A stretch of 62,916 nt of DNA, counting the filler, from Octopus bimaculoides (taxonomy: Eukaryota), in assembly GCF_001194135.2 (NCBI RefSeq). It is 3 parts of 3 records of this genome, joined end to end, with 100 filler letters (N's around TTAATTAATTAA, not from the genome) between each part and the next. Parts side by side here need not be neighbours in the genome. Positions count along the whole stretch, not along the records: positions 31,337 to 46,432 come from NC_069005.1; positions 46,533 to 62,916 come from NC_068986.1; 1 more part is not named here. One strand, given 5' to 3'. The notes beneath the pieces were generated by a model. The model was given only the letters and a program-made list of their open reading frames with translations, did no database searches and was not told where the DNA came from. Below, in pieces: positions 40,490 to 52,615 of the stretch. Positions within the stretch are counted from its first letter, which is position 1. Each line of letters begins with the position of its first letter. The position numbers and the translations under genes are program-made.

Positions 40490-41764
40490 NNNNNNNNNNN
40501 NNNNNNNNNNNNNNNNNNNNNNNNNNNNNNNNNNNNNNNNNNNNNNNNNNNNNNNNNNNNNNNNNNNNNNNNNNNNNNNNNNNNNNNNNTGGTTTTATTG
40601 TTAAAATTTTTTATTTTTCCAATCTGTGTTTTAATTTTTCGAGACTTTATTAAATTGAGCGATAGTAGAATCTATTACTCACATTTTGTTTTATTTACTA
40701 TTTTTAAATATATCATACTTTTCATCTTGCTAAATTTTAAAAATAGCTTTCAATTTTTTAAATTAAATTAATATTTCTTAGTATGTTTATAATGATTTGA
40801 TAATGTTTCAGCTTGTCTCTTGATTTTTAAGAAACACATCATTTTATCTATATGAAATTATGGATCAAACTTGTTTATAATCTATTAACTGAAAAGGATG
40901 TTTGTCTTACACGATAATAATATCTAAACTTTATACCAGTGGATTTTAACTTGAGTCTTGTCACAAAAAAAATTATAAAACAAAGGCAAATGTTAAAGCT
41001 ACAATTCAGAATTAGTGAGGATTTTGAGGGACATGAATGGGGGAAGGGGGTGTTAATAAGTACAGAAAATAGTAAGCGGCGTTAAGATAGTAGAATAAGA
41101 AAACTAAAGGTATAAGGCGATACTTTTGTCAGTTTTTCATATTTGACCATGCTCTCGTTTAGGAAATAACAAATATAATTAGAGAAATTCCTGCTTTTTC
41201 TCATGGGGTCACAACCCCCCCCCCTAGGGGCTGCGCCCCCAGGATAAGATCCACTGCTCTATACTGACCGACGTCACCTTATTTATAGCGACTAACATAT
41301 ACTACTCGTTACGTGAGAGGGGTGTACCATTATTAATATCATCCCCATAACATCTCCTCTTTAAGTTTTTCTTTCTTTCTTAGGGTGTGTCATTTTATTT
41401 CTATTAATAGCAATAATTTTTGTATCACCTCACCAACATTCTTTGGGTTTTTTCTTAGCTACACATTTAATATTTTTTCGTTTGGCATCCACTTCCAGGA
41501 ACTTCGTACATTTTCTTTTTCTTACGCTTGTGCGCTTGGGTTCAATCACCTGTAGTGGCGCTGGTACTTGGAAAATATCATACAACCATTCCTTTGGTTC
41601 TTCCATTCTCTTGGGTCAACTGTCAACGAATTTTTTTTCAGTTGGTTTCTACTTTTTACCAAGTATAGTATTTCTTAAAGATGAACTGTAATGCGTAACG
41701 CTTGGGAGATTTTTTAAAGGAAATACAATAAATAGTAGAAGAGAAAAAATGTCGGGAGGCGAGA

Positions 41765-41995
41765 GAAATAACGTTCCAGTATATTATTCGCGCTGGTTAG
41801 TTACAGCACAGTTTGTTCCATGAAAGAAGCATTTGTAAGGTGAAGCAGAGACTCCGTCTCTGCTTGCTGGTGGTGTGTCATTCCTGGGAGTATCTGGCCC
41901 CCAGGCCATCCCACATTGGGAAAGTTAAAGTCACCCAAAAGGAATACACTGATGTGTTGTTTCAGTTTGGTGAGAACTTCTATCTTTGCTAGGCA
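41765..41995 (-). mobile_element. CR1/Jockey-group LINE endonuclease fragment
   Basis: FLLGDFNFPNVGW..FMEQTVL*PTRE.NIL matches the APE GDFN and PTR motifs. Confidence 0.7.
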
Positions 41996-41999
41996 TCCG

Positions 42000-42405
42000 G
42001 TGCAAAACATTTGTGAAATTTATGGTGATGGGGCTGTAGGTGAATCAACTATTCGAAGGTGATTTGCAAAATTTAAAGCTGGAGAGTTTAGCTTGGAAGA
42101 TGACAGTCGCAGTGGAAGACCTTCAAAATTAGATGAAAATGTTTTGAAGGCAAAAATCAAAGATTGAAGGCAAAAATCAAACATCATGACTAGAGAACTT
42201 GCAGAGGATCTGGAAGTTTCTAAAAGTACGGCTCATGAACATGAGTTTGTGTAAGGATCCCCCAAAACAGCAACCAAAGACGAATATCCATGCCAAGAAA
42301 GCTATGCTTTGTGTTTGGTGGAATCGTAAAGACATTATCTATTATGAACTTCTCCACCCAAACTAGACCATCAATTCTGATGCTACCCGAACAAAGTTAC
42401 ATGAA
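42000..42405 (+). mobile_element. Mariner transposase fragments (internally deleted)
   Basis: ICEIYGDGAVGESTIRR*FAKFKAGEFSLEDDSRSGRP, TRELAEDLEVSKST, IHAKKAMLCVWWN..IIYYELL. Confidence 0.85.
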
Positions 42406-42590
42406 CTTGCTCTTTTAAAAACCAAATATAACTTGATAATTTAATTGCCTTACGCTTATTCCAGTCTTTGAAGCTGTGTGATTACGAAATCTTGCCTTGA
42501 AATTTCCCTCTGTAAGACCCACATATCTTTTTAGTTACAGCTGCGTTGCTATTGCTAGTGGAACTCACAGTAGCTTCATAAACAATGGTT
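42405..42590 (-). mobile_element. Inverted copy of PLE GIY-YIG segment
   Basis: Near-identical reverse complement of about 43549-43720; it retains ~13 nt (YVGLTEG) deleted in the plus copy. Confidence 0.9.
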
Positions 42591-43257
42591 TAATGTTAAG
42601 GAATTAGTCAACAATTATTCAGGCCTATCACACAAAAGTGGTGTTCGTCTCCATTTTGGATAAAAAATATTTATCCAAAATGGAAACAAACACCATTTTT
42701 CCAACTGATAGGTTAGAATAACTGTTGGACACTCATTATCATTGTACGGTATTTACGTATATCAATGTGTGTGTGTATGAATATATATATATATATATNN
42801 NNNNNNNNNNNNNNNNNNNNNNNNNNNNNNNNNNNNNNNNNNNNNNNNNNNNNNNNNNNNNNNNNNNNNNNNNNNNNNNNNNNNNNNNNNNNNNNNNNNN
42901 NNNNNNNNNNNNNNNNNNNNNNNNNNNNNNNNNNNNNNNNNNNNNNNNNNNNNNNNNNNNNNNNNNNNNNNNNNNNNNNNNNNNNNNNNNNNNNNNNNNN
43001 NNNNNNNNNNNNNNNNNNNNNNNNNNNNNNNNNNNNNNNNNNNNNNNNNNNNNNNNNNNNNNNNNNNNNNNNNNNNNNNNNNNNNNNNNNNNNNNNNNNN
43101 NNNNNNNNNNNNNNNNNNNNNNNNNNNNNNNNNNNNNNNNNNNNNNNNNNNNNNNNNNNNNNNNNNNNNNNNNNNNNNNNNNNNNNNNNNNNNNNNNNNN
43201 ATATACATACTTATACACATACTTATATACAAATATATATATATATATATATATATA

Positions 43258-43450
43258 TCATGATAGATCGCTGACCACTACATTTTTTTTCTCCTTGTTT
43301 CTCTCCTTATTTCTTTCTGTGTTCCTTTCAGTTGAAGAGCGTAGCTCGAAACGTCAACGACTTTCTCTATTCCCGAGCGTTAAACTAATACATTCATTTG
43401 TTGTTTACACCACCTGTCTTCGTCTGTTGTTGTTTTTTTCGTAAATTCTC
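43258..43450 (+). mobile_element. ~190-bp non-autonomous element with hammerhead-like motif (second copy)
   Basis: Homologous to the reverse complement of 28310-28500; flanked by (TA)n. Confidence 0.75.
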
Positions 43451-43499
43451 CCATATATATATACACATACTTATATATAAATATATATATATGTATAAA

Positions 43500-44140
43500 T
43501 ACAGACGTGAAGACCAGTGCCCAATGAATGGTGCCTGTTTAAATGAGGCCATTGTTTATGAAGCTACTGTGAGTTCTACAAGCAATAGCAACGCAGCTGT
43601 AACTAAAAAATATGTGGAAATTTCAAGGCAAGATTTCGTAATCACAGTTAGCTTCAGAGACTGGAATAAACGTAAGGCAATTAAATTATCAAGTTATATT
43701 TGGTTTTTAAAAGAGCAAGGGGTTAACTACAGCATAAGCTGGAAAATATTGGCAAAATGCAAACTTTATTCTAATGGTAAATGCGGTCTGCGGGAAATGG
43801 AGAGATGGCTTATCTGGAAGAGTTCATTAGATCCAAATACATGTTTACATTCAAGGTCTGAGCTTGTCCACATATCACAAAATTCCTGCTAGGGGTTTAC
43901 CCCCCCCCCCCCCCCCCATCCCCCTAAGGTAGTGCTTAAAGACTTCATGGACTTGCTCCTCGCATTTTTTTTTTTACACAATATAGATATAAGAGTTACT
44001 TCCCTTTGATATTTATTTTCGTTATTTTCTATGTGACATGAGTTGCTCCCCTTGAATATGAGCGCTGAGATGCAATTTTCAAAAAATTCTGAAGATGGTA
44101 ATCCAACTTTGTGGAGTACCATTTTTTTGGCAACAATTTA
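43500..44140 (+). mobile_element. 5'-truncated Penelope-like element (GIY-YIG end + 3' UTR), related to 38502-40489
   Basis: EDQCPMNGACLNEAIVYEATV..KLSSYIWFLKEQGVNYSISWKILAKCK..ERWLIWKSSLDPNTCL; follows (TA)n. Confidence 0.9.
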
Positions 44141-44284
44141 CTGTATATCCTGATATTGTAATAATCAATTAGACTATCCTCTATTTGATATATTGAGGTC
44201 TAATTCTTTTTTTGTATACTTCAATACTGAGGAATTTCAACCATGTTTCGTGGTCTGCTACCACAACAGCTCCNNNNNNNNNNT

Positions 44285-44556
44285 TGAAAACGCAAATCTT
44301 CTCTTGAATAGCGCTGTCATTTTCCTTTCAATGGTAGTACTGCTAGATGGTAGTACTCGACAGTCCATCCCTGTTCTCTGCACTCTTTGATTAGTTTCTC
44401 CTATCTCTTCTCCTTTCATTTCTCTGCATTGTCGATGTTTTCTTCCCATGGTACTGTCAGTTCTAGCAAGATTCCTGTTCTCCGTTCTGTGTTCCATATG
44501 ACTAAGTCTGGTCTTTTTGTTGTTTTTAAAAGTGGAAAAATTGCTAGACTTCCCAA
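44285..44556 (-). mobile_element. Hero-like RLE non-LTR retrotransposon endonuclease fragment
   Basis: KRPDLVIWNTERRTGILLELTVPWEENIDNAEK*KEKR*EKLIKECREQGW fits the Hero RLE signature (RPD..ELTVPWEE). Confidence 0.8.
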
Positions 44557-44571
44557 ATATATATATATATA

Positions 44572-46012
44572 TACGAGGGGTATCTGAAAAGTATTGAGCC
44601 TCANNNNNNNNNNNNNNNNNNNNNNNNNNNNNNNNNNNNNNNNNNNNNNNNNNNNNNNNNNNNNNNNNNNNNNNNNNNNNNNNNNNNNNNNNNNNNNNNN
44701 NNNNNNNNNNNNNNNNNNNNNNNNNNNNNNNNNNNNNNNNNNNNNNNNNNNNNNNNNNNNNNNNNNNNNNNNNNNNNNNNNNNNNNNNNNNNNNNNNNNN
44801 NNNNNNNNNNNNNNNNNNNNNNNNNNNNNNNNNNNNNNNNNNNNNNNNNNNNNNNNNNNNNNNNNNNNNNNNNNNNNNNNNNNNNNNNNNNNNNNNNNNN
44901 NNNNNNNNNNNNNNNNNNNNNNNNNNNNNNNNNNNNNNNNNNNNNNNNNNNNNNNNNNNNNNNNNNNNNNNNNNNNNNNNNNNNNNNNNNNNNNNNNNNN
45001 NNNNNNNNNNNNNNNNNNNNNNNNNNNNNNNNNNNNNNNNNNNNNNNNNNNNNNNNNNNNNNNNNNNNNNNNNNNNNNNNNNNNNNNNNNNNNNNNNNNN
45101 NNNNNNNNNNNNNNNNNNNNNNNNNNNNNNNNNNNNNNNNNNNNNNNNNNNNNNNNNNNNNNNNNNNNNNNNNNNNNNNNNNNNNNNNNNNNNNNNNNNN
45201 NNNNNNNNNNNNNNNNNNNNNNNNNNNNNNNNNNNNNNNNNNNNNNNNNNNNNNNNNNNNNNNNNNNNNNNNNNNNNNNNNNNNNNNNNNNNNNNNNNNN
45301 NNNNNNNNNNNNNNNNNNNNNNNNNNNNNNNNNNNNNNNNNNNNNNNNNNNNNNNNNNNNNNNNNNNNNNNNNNNNNNNNNAGGACTCCACTGGTGAGCA
45401 TTCCCGGCCTTTATTCTTTGATTGCTTCTCGGAGGCGTTTCAGTAGCTGAGAATAATACAGCCCTGTCACGGTGTGACCCTTTTCGAGGTAATCGATCAG
45501 CAAGACACCTTGAGAATAAAAAAAAACTGACACCATGACCTTGCCAGCTGAAGGAATGACCCTGGCCTTCTTTGGGGTAGGAGAAGATGTGTGCTTCCAC
45601 TGCTTTGATTGTTCTTTGGTTTCAGGCTGGTAGTGATGGACACAACTTTCGTCCATAGTAATGAAACGAGCAAGAAAATTCTCTTCATCAGCTTCAAACA
45701 GCTCCAGATTGCTCGTGGACAAAGTGTACCTGGTGCGTTCAGGAGTCAAAAGGCGAGGGACTCACCTTGCAGAAACCTTTGAGATCCCAAGTTCTTTTGT
45801 AACAATGTTTTCTGCTCTTTCAGTTGAGATGCCCTGTTTCTCGGCTATCTGACGACATGATCTTGCATTATCATACCAAGAGCAAGGTCAAGGTTGTTCT
45901 TGGTGGTTGCAGTTGGAAGTCTCCCTGGTCTTGGATCATCTTCCACTCTCTCCCTGCCACGCTTGATTTCATTTACCCAACGTTTGTCTCTTGCATATGA
46001 AGGAGCATTGTC
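44572..46012 (-). mobile_element. Mariner transposon, defective (middle in gap)
   Basis: Left end TA-CGAGGGGTATCTGAAAAGT resembles a mariner TIR. Transposase: EDDPRPGR, VSAR*VPRLLT, FITMDESCVHHYQPETKEQSKQW, SAGKVMVSVF, VLLIDYLEKG. Confidence 0.92.
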
Positions 46013-46026
46013 TGTACATACATACA

Positions 46027-46058
<32 letters not shown>

Positions 46059-46395
46059 AGTGTATGTATATGATCGTGCGACTATGGAGTTCGTATGGGT
46101 ATGTAAGTTGCTATGAGGAGGAAAAAGAAATTTGTATGTATATGCTTTAACATATTGTACTGAGGATAGCAAAATGTTTTCATAACATTTAGCTTCATAT
46201 CGTTCGATATACAATTGAAGTAAAGGTCTTATTTCATTTTTCATCGCCCGATTACAGACTGTGCTAATGGAGTAGTGATGTTGTTTTTAGGAGCATTTGG
46301 CATCTATTTCTAGCGTGTAGGTGTGGCTATTGCCTAGAAGGTTTTTATTCACACTGACCACTTGATAAAATCCTTAGTAACTTTATCCTTAATTT

Positions 46396-46429
<34 letters not shown>

Positions 46430-46432
46430 TTA

Positions 46433-46532
46433 NNNNNNNNNNNNNNNNNNNNNNNNNNNNNNNNNNNNNNNNNNNNTTAATTAATTAANNNNNNNNNNNN
46501 NNNNNNNNNNNNNNNNNNNNNNNNNNNNNNNN
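46433..46532. other. Synthetic scaffold-join linker N44-TTAATTAATTAA-N44
   Basis: Identical to 31237-31336. Confidence 0.9.
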
Positions 46533-46583
<51 letters not shown>

Positions 46584-46606
46584 ATGTATATTCTTTTATT
46601 CTGTTA

Positions 46607-47388
46607 CTAGCAGTATAGCCCGGCGTTGCCCGGGATTAAGCTAGGATTATTAAGTGATCAAGTGCTTTATTTCAAACCAAAATAAGTAACATCGACATTA
46701 GATTTGAGCGAAATCCGTTGAAATTGGTTTGGCTGAAAATGGTTTGCTGGCAATTTGATTGGGAAATCCCATAAGGAATTAGTTTATCGGTAATTTCTAC
46801 TCATTGACTGTTTTCTTTTTTTAAGTTGCATGAGAGATCTGCATAGGAGAAGGTTGATCTTAAGGTTTGCATTGGGGATCTGGATTGGAGTAACTTAGGA
46901 AAACTTGCCAATAGTCTTAACCAAAAAATAAGGGCCCTGTCCCTTCTAGGTTAACTCTATGAGCAACTTAGCCAATCACTGATATCAACCGAGTGAGTAT
47001 TGCTGTTGGAGAAGTCAGCATTGTCCAATAAAAAAGAGGAAGAGTTTATAAGTCATGTTGCCATGGTTTGAAAATATGTCCGGCCAATGCTTCCGGATCA
47101 CTTTTTATAACCACATCGGCTGCAATGACAACTTGTCTATAAAACTTCGCTATAGACAACATTGCGTGTTCTGCCCTGAAGAGCATATAAAAAAAGAGCA
47201 TTTCTACTACCCACACGAGAACAGGCCACATAAAGTTGCCCATGTGAAAAGCATGGCTCCCCCAAATGGATGCCTGCCACCGGTGTGCTGAAATCCTCGG
47301 AATTTCACTCCCCCAACACATTGATCTTTTCACCATCTATTTTGCAATGTACGGGGAAAATACGGAGATTAAGAATATGGATAATTTT
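46607..47388 (-). mobile_element. Helitron 3' end with PIF1-like helicase C-terminal fragment
   Basis: 47137-47280 reads VAGIHLGEPCFSHGQLYVACSRVGSRNALFLYALQGRTRNVVYSEVL*. Terminal hairpin CCCGG-GCAACG-CCGGG, then 8 nt, then CTAG followed by T. Confidence 0.9.
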
Positions 47389-47952
47389 NNNNNNNNNNNN
47401 NNNNNNNNNNNNNNNNNNNNNNNNNNNNNNNNNNNNNNNNNNNNNNNNNNNNNNNNNNNNNNNNNNNNNNNNNNNNNNNNNNNNNNNNNNNNNNNNNNNN
47501 NNNNNNNNNNNNNNNNNNNNNNNNNNNNNNNNNNNNNNNNNNNNNNNNNNNNNNNNNNNNNNNNNNNNNNNNNNNNNNNNNNNNNNNNNNNNNNNNNNNN
47601 NNNNNNNNNNNNNNNNNNNNNNNNNNNNNNNNNNNNNNNNNNNNNNNNNNNNNNNNNNNNNNNNNNNNNNNNNNNNNNNNNNNNNNNNNNNNNNNNNNNN
47701 NNNNNNNNNNNNNNNNNNNNNNNNNNNNNNNNNNNNNNAGTGATCCTACGATACTAGTGCCAAAGCTGTCACTTAACCCACGTGTGTTTATTTACTTCAC
47801 ATCGGCCTTTTCCATAAAAAGTGTTGGAGGGAAAGAGGGAAACGACGTTGTAAAAGCGAAACAGATAGAGAGAGCGATTTCTTTTGAAGTGGGTGAATTG
47901 TGTGTGTAATGTTAGTGGTGTGTGTGTGTGTGTGAGAGAGAGAGGGAGAGAG

Positions 47953-48014
<62 letters not shown>

Positions 48015-48832
48015 TATGGTGAACAGAGCATTGCTCGTAACTTTTGCTAGTTGTCTGAGAGCGTCGAGTTTGTTGAAATTGCTGCAATTAAACACCTGCA
48101 AGAACAGTTCGAAGATTCTAAAGGGCAGATGTTCTAGGAAGAATGGGTAGCAAGTTGTAGAAAACAAATGGATAACTTGAGTAGAAGTGGAACGAGATCA
48201 GCTAACTTCGAAAAACAGAGACATTGTACAAACTTTAAAAAAAGACAGAGAAAGGAGTGGATACGCTTGTGACCAATAGGTTGGGTCCTGTCCGTGGTTC
48301 AACACGAATTAGTCGAGGTACACTTGTGAGGATGTTGTCCGGATGGTCTGCGTATATAATAGTGGCATCAACCCAGGTATGGAGTTGTGTTCTATTGTAC
48401 ACTTCTAGAGTATCAGTAGCTGTTGGGTGAACCCTGAAGAGAACCATACAGCTTTAGCAATAAGGATGCTTTCGCTAGCAGAAATTCTCCATAATTGGGA
48501 GATCCAGTAATTGGAGCGACTAGGAGGACTCCAGCCAAGTGTCTTTCTAGTTTAGTGGCGTTATTTTTCGTAAGAATAAGTTTTTAAATGTTAAAAGAAA
48601 CAAGTTTTCTATGGCTCACAGGAGGTTTTTCTCAATGTCTCAGTTTTCAGAATCAGTGTAGACCTGGTGTGTGGTGGCCCAGCAGTGCGTGAAGATGCGT
48701 CATTGAGGTAAGTTAGTTAAGAAATGAAGGACTATGTTATCTGCACAAGAGTAGGAGTTGTAGAATACAAAAAGGCACATACCCACATACACATACGAAC
48801 ACACACACACACACGCACACACACGCACACAC

Positions 48833-48863
<31 letters not shown>

Positions 48864-49294
48864 TTCAATAACAGTTTGACGCAACTCCGCTTGGCTTAAT
48901 GTTTCTTGAGCGCGTAGGACACATATCTATATCGTTAGATGTTAGTAGGGAGTATGGAAGGTAGGAGTGAAATTCAAGATCTAGGTGGTTATGCTTCTAT
49001 CAAAAGTTTAGGTCACGTGATGATGATGTTATCAAAGTGACATCTGCGTATTTTTCTTTATCTTTATGCCCACGTGTTTGTATATAAAGTCGGTGGAATG
49101 CTGCCACCACTTCCGCGGCAGCTGGGGCATAATATATTCAGTGAAATCGATTTCTTGTATTAGGTACCTATACCGGTGCAGGATATCTTGGCTCAAGTCA
49201 GTAGTTCAGTGATCGTTCAGTGGTGTATGCAGTTTCTAGAGAGTTAATCTTATTTCACAATGATTTATACTGATAAAAAAAAAAGAAGTTGACT

Positions 49295-50540
49295 CACTGT
49301 TCGACGTATCTATGGTGGAATTCACGTCGTGCCATGATGGAGTTGACGTCGAGCTATGATGGAGTTGATGTCGTAGACCACGTGGGTTATTTATCGTGGA
49401 TACCTAAAGAAGTATACATACTCTCCTAGTTTCAACATGTATAGGGATGATGGCCTGATAATCTCAAGTCAGAGGAAGAACCACGTCATGAACAATTTTA
49501 GGATATAAGAAATATCTATAACAATTACAATCAATTTGACATAGATCGACTTCCCAATTGTAACGTTAGTCCTGCGTATGGGCAAGTACTACTCTTTGAG
49601 AATTCTCAGTGAGGAAACACTTTGTATTTATAGACACTTCTACTGTTCCCTACATGTAGTTAAAAATTTATTCACAGGCATCAGTAGAATATCTAATCTA
49701 CCAGCGAACAGCGAACAGCGAGATCTTCAGCAAGGCTACATTATCGAGGAGTAGCTTCAACTTTAAGTTAGTGTATATGGAGGAATACCTATTGCTACAT
49801 ACGAACCCGAAGAGAGCAAGAAAAAAAAATAATCTGTTTCAATCATCTATTCCACTAACATAGCTAGGAGCTTTCTATGTTAATTTAAAATCATTTCCCT
49901 AGAAACGATATTCTACTATGTCAAGGTCAGCTACTCCAGCTTATACAACATAGCTTCGAACGTTGTACGAACGCCTACAGTCTCCAAGTAATATATCTGC
50001 TTCTTATAGCTAAACTTCTATCAATTAGCCACAGTGAGGAGTCTGCCTCACAAAGGTCATAGACTGTAGTGCCACCTTCACACCATCCGATGACATAAGA
50101 CAGTATATCGGCATGACAGCCAATAATTCTAAGTAGAAAAACACAGAACGCATGCAATCTTTCAGGTGCAAGAACAAGCAACACTCCACCTCCCTGTCCG
50201 CTTCATCTGAAGACTCCGTGAATACTCCAACATCAAATAGATTATTCTTAATAGGGCCCTTTCTTACTCACCTGGTACTGATGATTAGCAAGTACACATA
50301 CCCCACGAATCCGCCTGTTAATGAACTTCAAAGTCACTGGCAGTTCACAACCCAGATATACCACCCTAGGCCTAACTGCCCAACATACAAAGGCAAGGTA
50401 TTTAATCCGTCGCCCGCACAGAGCTGACTGAATACCTAGAACCAATCTCGAATTTCTCGTAAGTTTCCCATTCTGCCTCCTAACGTGTAATGAGGTGGAC
50501 TTGTCCTACTCGCCCACGAAACTTTAAGTCATGTGGAACT
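49295..50540 (+). mobile_element. Old, decayed Penelope-like element (MGSYDG type)
   Basis: LFDVSM..SYDG, MYRDDGL, VKVSYSSL, DIRQYIGMTANN, QHSTSLS in shifting frames; relic hammerhead at 50483-50534. Confidence 0.75.
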
Positions 50541-50704
50541 GAATCAAATGGTTATTAAATACATGTAACTCGAACCAAGTACGTTGAGTGCTATTTTCTT
50601 ACCTTTGTTCATTCACTCGTATACATATATGCATATATGTATGCATATATGTATGCATATATGTATGCATATATGTATGCATGTATGTAAATACGTGTGT
50701 GTAT

Positions 50705-50743
<39 letters not shown>

Positions 50744-51684
50744 GTGTGTACAGATATATATATATGTTTTTGAATAATAGCAGGAGGCTTTATCTATGAC
50801 ATTCTAAATATTCATTTTCTGATGCTGTTTCCTGGTGCTTCTTATGTAAGACTAGAACAACCATAGTGATATAATTATATATATTTATTTATCTATAACA
50901 TAATTCCATATGACGTAAGAATCATACTCTCAAGAATTTCACAATTTTTTAAAAATATGATTTACAAGTTCAAAACTGTCTCTGCCTATAATAAAGAAAG
51001 AAAGAAAAAAGGGAAAACGAGAAAAAAAGAAGAAAACTTAAAGACAAGGAGAAAAATATAAGGAAAGAGTAATACATATATGAGTATTTGTGTGTATACG
51101 TGTAAGCGGATGTAAGTATGTAGGTATATATGCATAATGGGATTGCAATTAATGTTCCAGAATTTTATATATAAAGGAAAAAATATCCGTGATGAATACA
51201 AAAGACTACACATCTATACATTATATTAGAATTTCATTAAGTGAAATGCAGAACTTGATTAAAGAAACGGCGTACTCTGATTTCTTTTACGTTATTTACT
51301 GAAAGAAGACAGATATACGAGTAACTTAAAGCAAACAATATTTTGATTAAAGAAAACATTGTTGATTTTCTTTTCTATTCTTTTCTTTTCTTTTTTCTTC
51401 TGTTAATTTTCTGAAAAGTGGAACTGAAGAAATTTTGAACAGCGCATTGAGTACAATGGTTCATTGGGAACGTGACATAATGATTGTTTTAAAATATTTT
51501 ATTCCAAATATGATAACAAGTATTTTTTTTTTACTGTTCATGATTGTTTCAAATATTGGAGATGATGATTTATTTTCAAATATTTCTATCATAACTTTAT
51601 TACTTCTTTTTGTTGTTCATTTTCTCTTTCTTTTTTTTTCCTCATATTGAAGAAAACTTTACAGGGATTTCTTATATGGATTTT

Positions 51685-51910
51685 CAGACAATGCTAACAG
51701 TTGTCAAGCAAAATCTAGTCGGTGTAATCGACCGAACTGTATTACTCAACTTACGCGAGTCGACATGGTATCCACTATATGGTCAGTTGACCTACAAGAA
51801 ATAGCAGTCAAATCACACTCAAATCAGATCCTTTCGTGTAAAAAATGATACATTGGATAACATAACTTAAGATTCTCGGCAACCAAAAGACTGGATGTTC
51901 ATTGCACGAT
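51685..51910 (+). mobile_element. Very decayed Neptune-like PLE linker/GIY-YIG scrap
   Basis: SRCNRPNCIT resembles CGRPNCGTC at 58850; CKK*YIG*..KRLDVH follows. Confidence 0.4.
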
Positions 51911-52299
51911 AAGTCTGTTCTACTGATAATTTCATGGAATTGAACAACATTAATTGCACATATTTACGTACACGACGATTTCACCAGCCTTAAATGCGCA
52001 ACTCCAACTGGATACAGAACCAAGCCTACACCTTGCACTCGATTTATTTGCAAATATATGCCGTTTTGATTTAGACGTTAGTAACTTCAGCAAGCAAGTT
52101 CGAAGAACAAAACTTTCTCCACTGGAACTGGCTATTTCTCTCGGACGAAATATTTGCATTGATTATGTATGTCGCTCTTATGAGGCGCATTTGAGGATTG
52201 TGTTTATAATGTGACATCATGTGTCACCAAAGTCTGAAATATATGTAAAAGATAAAATAAAGGAGTGCCAAGTTCAACCCTCCCCACATATATATAGGC

Positions 52300-52615
52300 T
52301 CAGACGTTCCTGGGTGGTAACAGGTTTACTTCCCAACCATATGGTTCCAGGTTCAATCTCATTGTGTAACAACTTGGGTGGATTAAGTAGATGGAAACCG
52401 TTATATATATGCGTATATAGGCGTGCGTGTGTGAGTGTGTGTGAGTGTACGTGTGTGTGTGTATGTATGTGTGTGCACGTGTGTGTGCTCACAGAGTCTT
52501 TGTATGTTTGTCACCTGCCACCCCTTGACAACAGGTGTTGGTGTGTTTAAGTCCCGTAGCTTACAGTTTCGGCAAAAGATATTGATATATTGATGTAAGT
52601 ACCATGTTTTAAAAA
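52300..52615 (+). mobile_element. SINE family C, degraded
   Basis: GTGGTAA..TTCCCAACCATATGGTTCCAGGTTCAATC head; TTGACAAC.GGTGTTGGTGTGTTTA..TTCGGCAAAAGA tail. Homologous to 26585-26930. Confidence 0.75.

Noticed and set aside
48010-48540. Possible decayed CR1-type endonuclease on the minus strand
   Set aside because: Only vague motif similarity; cannot be supported without an HMM search.
51954-52214. 86-aa ORF with ankyrin-like SLHLA/PLELA spacing
   Set aside because: Lacks the ankyrin Gly and Leu pattern, has no splice support, and lies beside a decayed PLE scrap.
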